Source: a virus
Taxonomy: Duplodnaviria > Heunggongvirae > Uroviricota > Caudoviricetes
DNA: 36,911 bases
Virus record (IMG/VR): IMGVR_UViG_2531839667_000007
Direction: 5' to 3' (one strand)
The notes under the pieces were generated by a model that made no database searches, was not told the DNA's origin, and saw only the letters and a program-made list of their open reading frames with translations. Within the stretch, counting starts at the first letter, position 1. Each line of letters starts with the position of its first letter. Below are positions 24,174 through 34,869 of the stretch, in pieces. A program made the position numbers and the translations under genes.

Positions 24174-25668
24174 TCTTTCACACATTATTGCCGCAGCATT
24201 CAATGAACCGCTGCTTCTGGAGCCCGCCTATGCGCGGGTTTTCTTTTGCGCGCTCGGGCGCGAGATGGGGGCAGCAAGTCTTTCGGTACCACAACAGCAG
24301 GTACAGTTTGATGCTCCCGGAATGCTGGCTGAAACGGACGAGTACATGGCCGGAGGTAAACGACCGGCCCGTGTTTACAGGGTGGTGAACGGTATTGCTG
24401 TACTGCCGGTGACCGGCACGCTGGTGCACCGGCTGGGTGGTATGCGGCCATTTTCCGGAATGACAGGCTATGACGGTATTGTCGCCTGTCTTCAGCAGGC
24501 AATGGCGGATAGCCAGGTGCGGGGCGTACTGCTGGACATTGACAGTCCGGGCGGGCAGGTCGCCGGCGCGTTTGACTGCGCTGACATGATTTACCGCCTC
24601 CGTCAGCAGAAGCCGGTCTGGGCACTGTGCAATGACACGGCCTGCTCTGCAGCCATGCTGCTGGCGTCGGCCTGCTCCCGACGGCTGGTTACCCAGACAT
24701 CCCGTATCGGCTCTATTGGCGTGATGATGAGCCATGTCAGCTATGCCGGTCATCTGGCGCAGGCCGGTGTTGATATCACGCTGATTTACTCAGGGGCGCA
24801 CAAGGTGGATGGCAATCAGTTTGAAGCGTTGCCGGCAGAGGTTCGCCAGGACATGCAACAGCGCATTGATGCGGCGCGCCGGATGTTTGCTGAAAAAGTG
24901 GCGATGTATACCGGTCTGTCTGTTGATGCCGTCACGGGAACAGAGGCCGCCGTTTTTGAAGGTCAGTCCGGCATTGATGCCGGGCTGGCGGATGAATTAA
25001 TCAATGCGTCGGATGCCATCAGTGTGATGGCCACGGCGCTGAACAGTAATGTCAGAGGAGGCACTATGCCGCAATTAACTGCAACGGAAGCCGCCGCGCA
25101 GGAGAACCAGCGAGTGATGGGGATCCTGACATGCCAGGAAGCGAAAGGACGTGAACAGCTTGCCACGATGCTGGCAGGACAACAGGGCATGAGCGTTGAA
25201 CAGGCCCGGGCGATTCTGGCCGCGGCGGCACCACAGCAGCCGGTGGCATCCGCGCAGAGTGAAGCCGATCGCATTATGGCGTGTGAAGAAGCGAAAGGTC
25301 GTGAACAACTGGCGGCAACGCTGGCGGCGATGCCGGAGATGACGGTGGAAAAAGCCCGCCCGATCCTGGCTGCTTCACCGCAGGCGGATGCCGGACCCTC
25401 ACTCCGTGATCAGATCATGGCACTGGATGAGGCAAAAGGGGCTGAGGCTCAGGCTGAACAGCTGGCTGCCTGCCCGGGAATGACTGTGGAGAGCGCCCGG
25501 GCTGTGCTGGCTGCGGGATCAGGTAAGGCAGAACCGGTCTCTGCATCCACAACCGCCATGTTTGAACGTTTCATGGCGAATCATTCACCGGCAGCGGTAC
25601 AGGGTGGCGTGCCACAGACGTCAGCAGACGGTGATGCGGACGTGAAAATGCTCATGGCCATGCCATGA
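24163..25668 (+). CDS. C: head maturation protease / minor capsid protein C with in-frame Nu3-like scaffold region
   Basis: 501 aa, GTG start; N-terminal two thirds match lambda gpC (S49/ClpP-like); C-terminal part has three tandem copies of a scaffold-like motif. Confidence 0.9.
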   Translation: MRRNLSHIIAAAFNEPLLLEPAYARVFFCALGREMGAASLSVPQQQVQFDAPGMLAETDEYMAGGKRPARVYRVVNGIAVLPVTGTLVHRLGGMRPFSGMTGYDGIVACLQQAMADSQVRGVLLDIDSPGGQVAGAFDCADMIYRLRQQKPVWALCNDTACSAAMLLASACSRRLVTQTSRIGSIGVMMSHVSYAGHLAQAGVDITLIYSGAHKVDGNQFEALPAEVRQDMQQRIDAARRMFAEKVAMYTGLSVDAVTGTEAAVFEGQSGIDAGLADELINASDAISVMATALNSNVRGGTMPQLTATEAAAQENQRVMGILTCQEAKGREQLATMLAGQQGMSVEQARAILAAAAPQQPVASAQSEADRIMACEEAKGREQLAATLAAMPEMTVEKARPILAASPQADAGPSLRDQIMALDEAKGAEAQAEQLAACPGMTVESARAVLAAGSGKAEPVSASTTAMFERFMANHSPAAVQGGVPQTSADGDADVKMLMAMP

Positions 25669-25704
25669 AGCCAGTGCTGACCATCAACAGGAGGTTTTTA
25701 CAAT

Positions 25705-26052
25705 ATGGTGACGAAAACTATCACTGAACAGCGTGCGGAAGTACGTATTTTTGCCGGTAATGATCCGGCTCATACCGCCACAGGCAGCAGCGGGATTTCC
25801 TCGGCAACACCGGCACTGACGCCCCTGATGCTGGATGAGGCCACCGGGAAACTGGTGGTCTGGGACGGACAAAAAGCCGGTAGTGCGGTTGGCATACTGG
25901 TACTGCCGCTTGAAGGCACAGAGACGGTGCTGACCTATTACAAGTCGGGGACCTTTGCGACGGAGGCAATCCGCTGGCCTGAAAGTGTGGATGAACACAA
26001 AAAGGCCAACGCCTTTGCCGGCAGTGCCCTGAGTCACGCGGCGCTGCCGTAA
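25705..26052 (+). CDS. D: head decoration protein (lambda gpD-like)
   Basis: 115 aa; DPAHTATG...TPLMLD...YYKSGTF matches lambda gpD. Confidence 0.9.
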   Translation: MVTKTITEQRAEVRIFAGNDPAHTATGSSGISSATPALTPLMLDEATGKLVVWDGQKAGSAVGILVLPLEGTETVLTYYKSGTFATEAIRWPESVDEHKKANAFAGSALSHAALP

Positions 26053-26109
26053 CACGTTATCAGGCCACCGCGGTGGCCTGACTGATTTCTGAATGAAAGG
26101 AACTGATTT

Positions 26110-27138
26110 ATGGGATTGTTTACGACCCGCCAGTTACTCGGTTATACCGAACAAAAAGTGAAATTTCGTGCGCTGTTTCTGGAGCTGTTTTTCCGCCGTA
26201 CGGTGAATTTCCATACCGAAGAGGTGATGCTGGACAAAATTACCGGAAAAACGCCGGTGGCGGCCTATGTTTCCCCGGTTGTTGAAGGAAAAGTGCTGCG
26301 TCATCGTGGTGGTGAAACCCGCGTGTTACGTCCGGGCTACGTCAAGCCGAAACACGAATTTAATTACCAGCAGGCGGTTGAGCGTCTTCCCGGTGAAGAT
26401 CCGGCTCAGCTGAACGACCCGGCCTACCGTCGTCTGCGTATCATCACTGATAACCTCAAACAGGAAGAGCACGCCATTGTCCAGGTGGAAGAAATGCAGG
26501 CGGTGAATGCCGTGCTGTATGGCAAATACACGATGGAAGGAGACCAGTTCGAGAAAATTGAGGTCGATTTTGGCAGGTCGACGAAGAATAACATCACTCA
26601 GGGTAGTGGTAAGGAGTGGTCAAAACAGGATCGTGACACGTTCGATCCTACACATGATCTTGACCTCTACTGCGACCAGGCCAGCGGTCTTGTGAATATT
26701 GCCATTATGGACGGTACCGTCTGGCGTCTGCTGAATGGCTTTAAATTGTTCCGCGAAAAACTGGATACCCGTCGCGGCTCTAATTCGCAACTCGAAACAG
26801 CGGTGAAAGACCTGGGCGCGGTGGTGTCCTTCAAAGGGTATTACGGCGATCTGGCCATTGTGGTGGCAAAAACGTCTTATGTGGCAGAGGACGGTACCGA
26901 AAAACGTTATCTGCCTGAGGGCTCGCTGGTCCTGGGGAATACGGCAGCAGAGGGCATTCGTTGCTATGGTGCCATTCAGGATGCGCAGGCGTTGTCCGAA
27001 GGTGTGGTGGCCTCTTCCCGTTATCCGAAACACTGGCTGACGGTAGGGGATCCCGCCCGTGAATTTACCATGACGCAGTCCGCGCCGCTGATGGTGTTGC
27101 CGGACCCGGATGAGTTTGTGGTGGTACAGGTGAAATAA
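26110..27138 (+). CDS. E: major capsid protein (lambda gpE-like)
   Basis: 342 aa; colinear similarity to lambda gpE. Confidence 0.95.
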   Translation: MGLFTTRQLLGYTEQKVKFRALFLELFFRRTVNFHTEEVMLDKITGKTPVAAYVSPVVEGKVLRHRGGETRVLRPGYVKPKHEFNYQQAVERLPGEDPAQLNDPAYRRLRIITDNLKQEEHAIVQVEEMQAVNAVLYGKYTMEGDQFEKIEVDFGRSTKNNITQGSGKEWSKQDRDTFDPTHDLDLYCDQASGLVNIAIMDGTVWRLLNGFKLFREKLDTRRGSNSQLETAVKDLGAVVSFKGYYGDLAIVVAKTSYVAEDGTEKRYLPEGSLVLGNTAAEGIRCYGAIQDAQALSEGVVASSRYPKHWLTVGDPAREFTMTQSAPLMVLPDPDEFVVVQVK

Positions 27139-27189
27139 TCCGTGAGCGGGGGCGAAATGCCCCCGTGTCTTTTTTCACAGGGGGATGAT

Positions 27190-27564
27190 ATGGCAACGAA
27201 AGAGCAAAATCTGAAACGGCTTGATGAACTGGCCCTGATTCTGGGGCGTGAGCCGGATATATCCGGGAGTGCCGCAGAGATAGCGCAGCGGGTGGCAGAA
27301 TGGGAAGAGGAAATGCAGTCATCCGGCGATGATGTACAGGTTATGAATATGGATATCCGGGAGAGGGAAAACGCGGCTCATGATGTTCGTGAGGAAACAT
27401 CCGGCGCGTTAACGCGCATCAGAGTTCTGACCTGCCTCCATCTCTGTGGCGTTGATGGTGAAACGGGGGAATCCGTTGAGCTTGCGGATGTTGGTCGGGT
27501 GATTCTGATTATGTCCTCAGATGCAAAAACACACGTTGATGGTGGAATGGCTGTTTATGCGTGA
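27190..27564 (+). CDS. FI: DNA packaging protein FI-like
   Basis: 124 aa from MATKEQ; position and partial similarity to lambda FI. Confidence 0.75.
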   Translation: MATKEQNLKRLDELALILGREPDISGSAAEIAQRVAEWEEEMQSSGDDVQVMNMDIRERENAAHDVREETSGALTRIRVLTCLHLCGVDGETGESVELADVGRVILIMSSDAKTHVDGGMAVYA

Positions 27565-27910
27565 TTTTCAGAATGCCTTTGATGCCGCCCTTGCCGGGGT
27601 GGACAGTACGATTGTTGAAGTGATGGGCATCAGTGCGCAGTTCACCTCCGGTGCACAGCGTGGCGGCGAAGTTCAGGGGGTTTTTGACGATCCGGAGTCG
27701 CTGGGTTTTGCCAGTAGTGGGATCCGTATTGAAGGAAGCAGTCCGTCATTATTTGTGCGGACGGATACGGTTCGTGCCGTGCGGCGTGGTGACACGTTGA
27801 CCATTAATGGTGAGACGTTCTGGGTGGATCGTGTTTCTCCGGATGACGGGGGCAGTTGTTATCTCTGGCTGAACCGTGGGCAACCACCCGCAGTTAACCG
27901 GCGACGATAA
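27557..27910 (+). CDS. FII: head-tail connector FII-like
   Basis: 117 aa from MRDFQNAF; C-terminus FWVDRVSPDDGGSCYLWL...PPAVNRRR matches lambda FII. Confidence 0.85.
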   Translation: MRDFQNAFDAALAGVDSTIVEVMGISAQFTSGAQRGGEVQGVFDDPESLGFASSGIRIEGSSPSLFVRTDTVRAVRRGDTLTINGETFWVDRVSPDDGGSCYLWLNRGQPPAVNRRR

Positions 27911-27924
27911 ACGCAGGGTGAATT

Positions 27925-28500
27925 ATGGCGATAAAAGGGCTTGATCAGGCGATTGAAAATCTGAGCCGGGTTCGTAAAAACGCCATTCCGTCGGCTTCAG
28001 CAATGGCTATTAACCGCGTGGCTACAACGGCGATTAATCAGTCTTCATCACAGGTTGCCCGGGAGACCAGGGTGAGCCGGAAACTGGTAAAGGAACGGTC
28101 CAGACTGAAACGGGCGACGGTCAGAAATCCGAATGCCAAAATTATCGTTAACCGCGGTGATCTCCCTGCTATTAAGCTGGGGATCAGGATGCTTGGTCAT
28201 CGTCCGAACAGCATACTTAAAGCCGGTCAGCATCGTTATCAGCGGGCATTCATCCAGCGATTAAATAATGGGCGCTGGCATGTTATGCAACGTTTGCCAG
28301 AAGCCCGGTATGCGAAGGGCAATGACGATAAAGGAAGGAAAAAGCGTAATCGTCTTCCCATTCAGGTGGTTAAAATTCCGATGGCGGCCCCACTGAAGCA
28401 GGCTTTTGATGAGAACGTTAACCGTATCCGGCGAGAACGTCTGCCAAAAGAACTGGGCTATGCGTTGAAACAACAACTAAGGATTGTGATAAAGCGATGA
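27925..28500 (+). CDS. Z: minor tail protein Z
   Basis: 191 aa; MAIKGLDQAIENLSR...[19 protein letters not shown] matches lambda gpZ. Confidence 0.9.
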   Translation: MAIKGLDQAIENLSRVRKNAIPSASAMAINRVATTAINQSSSQVARETRVSRKLVKERSRLKRATVRNPNAKIIVNRGDLPAIKLGIRMLGHRPNSILKAGQHRYQRAFIQRLNNGRWHVMQRLPEARYAKGNDDKGRKKRNRLPIQVVKIPMAAPLKQAFDENVNRIRRERLPKELGYALKQQLRIVIKR

Positions 28501-28892
28501 AACATACTGATATCCGTGCTGCAGTGCTGGATGCACTCGAGCAGCATGAACACGGGGCGACGCTGTTTGATGGTCGCCCCGCTGTTTTTGATGAGGCGGA
28601 TTTTCCGGCAATTGCTGTTTATCTCACCGGCGCTGAATACACGGGCGAAGCGCTGGACAGCGATACCTGGCAGGCGGAGCTGCATATTGAAGTTTTCCTG
28701 CCTGCTCAGGTGCCGGATTCAGAGCTGGATTCGTGGATGGAAAGCCGGATTTATCCGGCGATGAGTGCGATCCCGGCACTGTCAGGCCTGATTACCACGA
28801 TGGTTACGCAGGGCTATGAGTATCGTCGTGATGACGATATGGCGTTATGGAGTTCTGCTGATTTGACTTATTCCATTACATACGAGATGTGA
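28497..28892 (+). CDS. U: tail terminator protein U
   Basis: 131 aa; near-identical to lambda gpU over most of its length. Confidence 0.9.
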   Translation: MKHTDIRAAVLDALEQHEHGATLFDGRPAVFDEADFPAIAVYLTGAEYTGEALDSDTWQAELHIEVFLPAQVPDSELDSWMESRIYPAMSAIPALSGLITTMVTQGYEYRRDDDMALWSSADLTYSITYEM

Positions 28893-28899
28893 GGACGAT

Positions 28900-29652
28900 A
28901 TGCCAACACCAAATCCTCTGGCACCGGTAAAAGGTGCCGGTACCACCCTGTGGGTTTATAACGGTCAGGGTGATGCCTATGCAAACCCGTTGTCAGACGA
29001 TAACTGGCAGCGACTGGCACAGGTAAAGGATCTGACGCCGGGCGAGATGACGGCAGAACCCTACGATGATAACTACCTGGATGATGAAGACGCGGACTGG
29101 ACTGCGACCGGGCAGGGGCAGAAGTCTGCAGGAGATACCAGTTTTACGCTGGCCTGGAAACCGGGAGAAGAAGGTCAGAAAGGGCTTATAGGCTGGTTTG
29201 AAAGCGGGGATGTGCGGGCCTATAAAATCCGTTTCCCGAACGGCACGGTGGATGTGTTCCGTGGCTGGGTCAGCAGTATCGGTAAGGCCGTAACGGCGAA
29301 GGAAGTGATCACCCGTACGGTGAAAGTGACCAACGTGGGTAAACCTTCTGTGGCGGAAGAACGCAGCGAAATTACGCCGGTCACTGCGATTAAGGTGACG
29401 CCGACATCTGGTACGGTGGCAAAAGGGAAAACAACAACCCTGACGGTTTCTTTTGAGCCGGAAAGTGCAACCGACAAAACGTTCAGAGCGGTTTCCGCCG
29501 ATCCGTCAACGGGAACCATTGCTGTGAAAGATATGGCGATCACTGTGACGGGGGTTAAGGCTGGAAAAGTGAGTATCCCCGTGATTTCCGGTAATGGTCA
29601 GTTTGCCACGGTAGCTGAAGTCACCGTTACTGAAGCGGGCGCTGCAGGGTAA
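28900..29652 (+). CDS. V: major tail tube protein V
   Basis: 250 aa; strong colinear similarity to lambda gpV. Confidence 0.95.
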   Translation: MPTPNPLAPVKGAGTTLWVYNGQGDAYANPLSDDNWQRLAQVKDLTPGEMTAEPYDDNYLDDEDADWTATGQGQKSAGDTSFTLAWKPGEEGQKGLIGWFESGDVRAYKIRFPNGTVDVFRGWVSSIGKAVTAKEVITRTVKVTNVGKPSVAEERSEITPVTAIKVTPTSGTVAKGKTTTLTVSFEPESATDKTFRAVSADPSTGTIAVKDMAITVTGVKAGKVSIPVISGNGQFATVAEVTVTEAGAAG

Positions 29653-29665
29653 ACGGAGGTAATAC

Positions 29666-30097
29666 ATGTTTCTGAAAACCGAACAATTTGAATATAACGG
29701 TGTGTCCGTCACGCTTTCCGAGCTGTCTGCGCTGCAGCGTATCGAGCATCTTGCCCTGCTGAAACGACGGGCAGAACAGGCTGAAGCCAGCGGTAACCTG
29801 CAGGTGAGCGTGGAAGACCTTGTCAGAACCGGCGCGTTTCTGGTGGCGATGTCCCTGTGGCATAACCATCCACAGAAAACGGAGTCAACATCAATGAATG
29901 AGGCTGTGATGCAGATCGAACAGGAGGTGCTCACCACCTGGCCTGCTGATGCCATTGCCCGGGCGGAAGACGTGGTGTTGCGTCTGTCCGGGATGAGCGG
30001 GGCTGTTCATGTGGATACGGATATCACCGAAGTGGCGAAAAATAACGCGCTTACTGATGATGATTTTTCTGCGGGAAAGTCTTCGACGGCGAGCTGA
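29666..30097 (+). CDS. G: tail assembly chaperone G
   Basis: 143 aa; MFLKTEQFEYNGVSVTLSELSALQRIEHLALLKR matches lambda gpG; ends just after slippery heptamer. Confidence 0.9.
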   Translation: MFLKTEQFEYNGVSVTLSELSALQRIEHLALLKRRAEQAEASGNLQVSVEDLVRTGAFLVAMSLWHNHPQKTESTSMNEAVMQIEQEVLTTWPADAIARAEDVVLRLSGMSGAVHVDTDITEVAKNNALTDDDFSAGKSSTAS

Positions 30098-30537
30098 ATT
30101 TTGCCCTCAGACTGGCGCGAGAGATGGGGAGGCCTGACTGGCGCGCCATGCTTGCCGGGATGACATCCACCGAATATGCCGACTGGCGACATTTTTACCG
30201 CACGCATTATTTTCAGGATACCCAACTGGATATGCATTTTTCCGGGCTGATGTACGCTGTACTCAGCCTGTTTTTTTGCGATCCGGATATGCATCCCTCT
30301 GATTTCAGTCTGCTTGTCCCCCGGCATGAGGAAGAGCAGGTGGAGAGGCTGGATGAGGACAAAATGCTGATGCAGAAAGCGGCAGGACTTGCCGGAGGCG
30401 TCCGGTTCGGTGGGGACGGAGGGGGCGATATTTTATCGTCTGCGGATGTGGCGGATGTCATGGTGGATGATGCCGCATTAATGATGGCTTCAGCGGGGAT
30501 TCCAGGAGGTGTGAGATATGTCCCAGCCGGTTGGTGA
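29666..30537 (+). CDS. T: tail assembly chaperone G-T fusion made by programmed -1 frameshift at GGGAAAG (30073-30079)
   Basis: Slippery heptamer at the end of G; the -1 frame stays open to 30537 and overlaps the H start, as in lambda. Confidence 0.8.
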
Positions 30538-33097
30538 TCTTATTATTGACCTGAGTCTGGATGCGGTCCGTTTCGATGAGCAGATGAGCCGGGTAAGGCG
30601 TCATTTTTCAGGACTGGATACTGACGCCAGAAAAACCGCCGCTGCTGTTGAACAGGGCCTGAGCCGTCAGGCGCTGGCTGCGCAAAAAGCCGGGATTTCC
30701 GTCGGACAGTATAAAGCGGCCATGCGCACCCTGCCCGCACAGTTTACGGATATCGCCACGCAGCTTGCCGGTGGTCAGAATCCCTGGCTGATCCTGCTGC
30801 AACAGGGCGGTCAGGTGAAGGACTCCTTCGGCGGGATGATCCCCATGCTCAGGGGGCTTGCCGGTGCGATCACCCTGCCGATGGTCGGGGTCACCTCGCT
30901 GGCGGTGGCGACAGGTGCGCTGGCGTACGCCTGGTACCAGGGGGATTCCACGCTTTCAGCGTTTAATAAAACCCTGGTTCTTTCCGGTAATCAGTCCGGA
31001 CTGACTGCCGATCGCATGCTGACGCTCTCCAGAGCCGGACAGGCCGCAGGGCTGACGTTTAACCAGGCGAGTGAGTCACTGGCAGCCCTGGTGAATGCCG
31101 GTGTGCGTGGTGGTGAACAGTTTGATGCGATCAACCAGAGTGTTGCGCGTTTTGCGTCTGCATCCGGTGTGGAGGTGGATAAAGTCGCTGAAGCCTTCGG
31201 GAAGCTGACCACTGATCCGACGTCGGGACTGATGGCGATGGCGCGCCAGTTCCGTAACGTGACGGCAGAACAGATTGCGTATGTTGCACAGCTGCAGCGT
31301 TCCGGTGATGAGGCCGGAGCCTTACAGGCGGCGAACGATATCGCCACGAAAGGCTTTGATGAGCAGACCCGCCGTCTGAAAGAAAACATGGGGACGCTGG
31401 AGACCTGGGCGGATAAAACAGGGAAGGCGTTTAAATCGATGTGGGATGCCATTCTGGATATCGGTCGTCCGGAATCCTCAGCGGATATGCTCGCCAGTGC
31501 GCAGAAGGCATTCGATGAGGCGGATAAAAAATGGCAGTGGTACCAGAGCCGGAGCCAGCGTCGGGGAAAGACCGCCTCTTTCCGTGCCAACCTTCAGGGC
31601 GCATGGGATGACCGTGAAAATGCCCGTCTGGGGCTGGCGGCGGCAACGCTGCAGTCGGATATGGAAAAAGCCGGTGAACTGGCGGCAAGGGATAAGGCTG
31701 AGCGTGACGCGTCACAGCTGAAATATACCGAAGAGGCACAGAAGGCGTATGAACGGATGCTGTCGCCGCTGGAGAAATATACCGCCCGTCAGGAAGAACT
31801 GAATAAGGCCCTGAAAGACGGAAAAATCCTGCAGGCGGATTACAACACGCTGATGGCGTCGGCAAAAAAGGATTATGAGTCGACGCTGAAAAAGCCGAAA
31901 CAGTCCGGCGTGAAGGTGTCTGCGGGCGATCGTCAGGAAGACAGTGCTCATGCTGCCCTGCTGACGCTTCAGGCTGAACTCCGGACGCTGGAGAAGCATG
32001 CCGGAGCAAATGAGAAAATCAGCCAGCAGCGCCGGGATTTGTGGAGGGCGGAGAGTCAGTTCGCGGTACTGGAGGAGGCGGCGCAACGTCGCCAGCTGTC
32101 TGCACAGGAGAAATCCCTGCTGGCGCATAAAGATGAGACGCTGGAGTACAAACGCCAGCTGGCTGCACTTGGAGACAAAGTTACGTATCAGGAGCGCCTG
32201 AACGCGCTGGCGCAGCAGGCGGATAAATTCGCACAGCAGCAACGGGCAAAACGGGCCGCCATTGATGCGAAAAGCCGGGGGCTGACTGACCGGCAGGCAG
32301 AACGGGAAGCCACGGAACAGCGCCTGAAGGAACAGTATGGCGATAATCCGCTGGCGCTGAATAACGTCATGTCAGAGCAGAAAAAGACCTGGGCGGCTGA
32401 AGACCAGCTTCGCGGGAGCTGGATGGCAGGCCTGAAGTCCGGCTGGAGTGAGTGGGAAGAGAGCGCCACGGACAGTATGTCGCAGGTAAAAAGTGCAGCC
32501 ACGCAGACCTTTGATGGTATTGCACAGAATATGGCGGCGATGCTGACCGGCAGTGAGCAGAACTGGCGCAGCTTCACCCGCTCCGTGCTGTCCATGATGA
32601 CAGAAATTCTGCTTAAGCAGGCAATGGTGGGGATTGTCGGGAGTATCGGCAGCGCCATTGGCGGGGCTGTTGGTGGCGGCGCATCAGCGTCAGGCGGTAC
32701 AGCCATTCAGGCTGCTGCGGCGAAATTCCATTTTGCGACCGGGGGATTTACGGGAACCGGCGGCAAATATGAGCCAGCGGGGATTGTTCACCGTGGTGAA
32801 TTTGTCTTCACGAAGGAGGCAACCAGCCGGATTGGCGTGGGGAATCTCTACCGGCTGATGCGCGGCTATGCCACCGGTGGTTATGTCGGTACACCGGGCA
32901 GTCTGGCTGACAGCCGGTCGCAGGCGTCCGGGACGTTTGAGCAGAATAACCATGTGGTGATTAACAACGACGGCACGAACGGGCAGATAGGTCCGGCTGC
33001 TCTGAAGGCGGTGTATGACATGGCCCGCAAGGGTGCCCGTGATGAAATTCAGACACAGATGCGTGATGGTGGCCTGTTCTCTGGAGGTGGACGATGA
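30518..33097 (+). CDS. H: tail tape measure protein H
   Basis: 859 aa; AGGAGG SD; colinear with lambda gpH (853 aa). Confidence 0.95.
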   Translation: MSQPVGDLIIDLSLDAVRFDEQMSRVRRHFSGLDTDARKTAAAVEQGLSRQALAAQKAGISVGQYKAAMRTLPAQFTDIATQLAGGQNPWLILLQQGGQVKDSFGGMIPMLRGLAGAITLPMVGVTSLAVATGALAYAWYQGDSTLSAFNKTLVLSGNQSGLTADRMLTLSRAGQAAGLTFNQASESLAALVNAGVRGGEQFDAINQSVARFASASGVEVDKVAEAFGKLTTDPTSGLMAMARQFRNVTAEQIAYVAQLQRSGDEAGALQAANDIATKGFDEQTRRLKENMGTLETWADKTGKAFKSMWDAILDIGRPESSADMLASAQKAFDEADKKWQWYQSRSQRRGKTASFRANLQGAWDDRENARLGLAAATLQSDMEKAGELAARDKAERDASQLKYTEEAQKAYERMLSPLEKYTARQEELNKALKDGKILQADYNTLMASAKKDYESTLKKPKQSGVKVSAGDRQEDSAHAALLTLQAELRTLEKHAGANEKISQQRRDLWRAESQFAVLEEAAQRRQLSAQEKSLLAHKDETLEYKRQLAALGDKVTYQERLNALAQQADKFAQQQRAKRAAIDAKSRGLTDRQAEREATEQRLKEQYGDNPLALNNVMSEQKKTWAAEDQLRGSWMAGLKSGWSEWEESATDSMSQVKSAATQTFDGIAQNMAAMLTGSEQNWRSFTRSVLSMMTEILLKQAMVGIVGSIGSAIGGAVGGGASASGGTAIQAAAAKFHFATGGFTGTGGKYEPAGIVHRGEFVFTKEATSRIGVGNLYRLMRGYATGGYVGTPGSLADSRSQASGTFEQNNHVVINNDGTNGQIGPAALKAVYDMARKGARDEIQTQMRDGGLFSGGGR

Positions 33098-33423
33098 AAA
33101 CCTTCCGCTGGAAAGTGAAACCCGGGATGGATGTGACATCGGCTCCTTCCGTCAGGGAGGTGCGCTTTGGTGATGGCTATTCCCAGCGTGCGCCTGCCGG
33201 GCTGAACGCTGACCTGAAAACGTACAGCGTGACGCTGTCTGTCTCCCGTGAGGAGGCCACGGCGCTGGAGTCGTTTCTGGCTGAGCACGGGGGCTGGAAG
33301 GCCTTTCTGTGGACGCCGCCTTATGGTTACAGGCAGATAAAGGTGACCTGCGCAAAATGGTCGTCGCAGGTCAGTATGTTGCGTGTTGAGTTCAGCGCAG
33401 AGTTTAAACAGGTGGTGAACTGA
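33094..33423 (+). CDS. M: minor tail protein M
   Basis: 109 aa; near-identical to lambda gpM. Confidence 0.9.
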   Translation: MKTFRWKVKPGMDVTSAPSVREVRFGDGYSQRAPAGLNADLKTYSVTLSVSREEATALESFLAEHGGWKAFLWTPPYGYRQIKVTCAKWSSQVSMLRVEFSAEFKQVVN

Positions 33424-34121
33424 TGCAGGATATCCGGCAGGAAACACTGAATGAATGCACCCGTGCGGAGCAGTCGGCCAGCGTGGTGCTCTGGGAAATC
33501 GATCTGACAGAGGTCGGTGGTGAACGTTATTTTTTCTGTAATGAGCAGAACGAAAAAGGTGAGCCGGTTACCTGGCAGGGGCGGCAGTATCAGGCATACC
33601 CCATTCAGGGGACAGGATTTGAACTGAACGGCAAGGGCAGTGCTGCCCGTCCGACACTGACGGTTTCTAACCTGCACGGCATGGTCACGGGGATGGCGGA
33701 AGACCTGCAGAGTCTGGTCGGCGGAACGGTGGTCAGGCGTAAGGTTTACGCCCGTTTTCTGGATGCGGTGAACTTCGTCAACGGAAACAGCGACGCCGAT
33801 CCGGAGCAGGAGGTGATCAGCCGCTGGCGCATCGAGCAGTGCAGCGAACTGAGTGCGGTCAGTGCCTCCTTTGTGCTGGCCACACCGACGGAAACGGATG
33901 GTGCTGTTTTTCCGGGGCGTATCATGCTGGCCAACACCTGCACCTGGACCTATCGCGGTGATGAGTGTGGTTATCACGGTCCGGCTGTCGCGGATGAATA
34001 TGACCAGCCGACGTCCGATATCACGAAGGATAAATGCAGCAAATGCCTGAGCGGCTGTAAGTTTCGCAATAACGTCGGCAACTTTGGCGGCTTCCTTTCC
34101 ATTAACAAACTTTCGCAGTAA
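33423..34121 (+). CDS. L: minor tail protein L
   Basis: 232 aa; colinear similarity to lambda gpL. Confidence 0.95.
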   Translation: MQDIRQETLNECTRAEQSASVVLWEIDLTEVGGERYFFCNEQNEKGEPVTWQGRQYQAYPIQGTGFELNGKGSAARPTLTVSNLHGMVTGMAEDLQSLVGGTVVRRKVYARFLDAVNFVNGNSDADPEQEVISRWRIEQCSELSAVSASFVLATPTETDGAVFPGRIMLANTCTWTYRGDECGYHGPAVADEYDQPTSDITKDKCSKCLSGCKFRNNVGNFGGFLSINKLSQ

Positions 34122-34125
34122 TCCC

Positions 34126-34869
34126 ATGACACAGACAGAATCAGAGATTCTGGCGCACGCCCGGCGATGTGCGCCAGCGGAGTCGTGCGGCTTCGTGGTG
34201 AGAACGCCGGAAGGGGAAAGATATTTTCCCTGCGTGAATATCTCCGGTGAGCCGGAGGCGTATTTCCGGATGTCGCCGGAGGACTGGCTGCGGGCAGAGA
34301 TGCAGGGTGAGATTGTGGCGCTGGTCCACAGCCACCCCGGTGGTCTGCCCTGGCTGAGTGAGGCTGACAGGCGGCTGCAGGTGCAGAGCGATTTGCCTTG
34401 GTGGCTGGTCTGCCGGGGTGAGATTCATAAATTCCGCTGTGTGCCGCATCTTACCGGGCGGCGCTTTGAGCACGGGGTGACGGACTGTTACACGCTGTTC
34501 CGGGATGCTTATCATCTGGCGGGGATTGAGATGCCGGACTTTCATCGTGAGGATGACTGGTGGTGTAACGGTCAGAATCTCTATCTTGACAATATGGAGG
34601 CGACTGGTTTTTACCGTGTCGCACTGACAGAGGCGCAGCCTGGCGACGTGCTGCTGTGCTGCTTTGGTTCATCGGTGCCGAATCATGCCGCCATTTACTG
34701 TGGTGACGGCGAGCTGCTGCACCATATTCCTGAACAACTGAGCAAACGAGAGAGGTATACCGACAAATGGCAGCGACGCACACACTCCCTCTGGCGTCAC
34801 CGGGCATGGCGCGCATCTGCCTTTACGGGGATTTACAACGATTTGGCCGCCGCATCGACCTTCGTGTGA
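34126..34869 (+). CDS. K: tail assembly protein K (NlpC/P60 and MPN-like domains)
   Basis: 247 aa from MTQTES; near-identical to lambda gpK. Confidence 0.9.
   Translation: MTQTESEILAHARRCAPAESCGFVVRTPEGERYFPCVNISGEPEAYFRMSPEDWLRAEMQGEIVALVHSHPGGLPWLSEADRRLQVQSDLPWWLVCRGEIHKFRCVPHLTGRRFEHGVTDCYTLFRDAYHLAGIEMPDFHREDDWWCNGQNLYLDNMEATGFYRVALTEAQPGDVLLCCFGSSVPNHAAIYCGDGELLHHIPEQLSKRERYTDKWQRRTHSLWRHRAWRASAFTGIYNDLAAASTFV

Noticed and set aside
20916-34127. Many antisense ORFs inside the structural genes (for example 20916..21590, 31431..32009, 32188..32706, 33327..34127)
   Set aside because: All lie opposite to genes with clear lambda homology in GC-rich DNA where long antisense ORFs arise by chance
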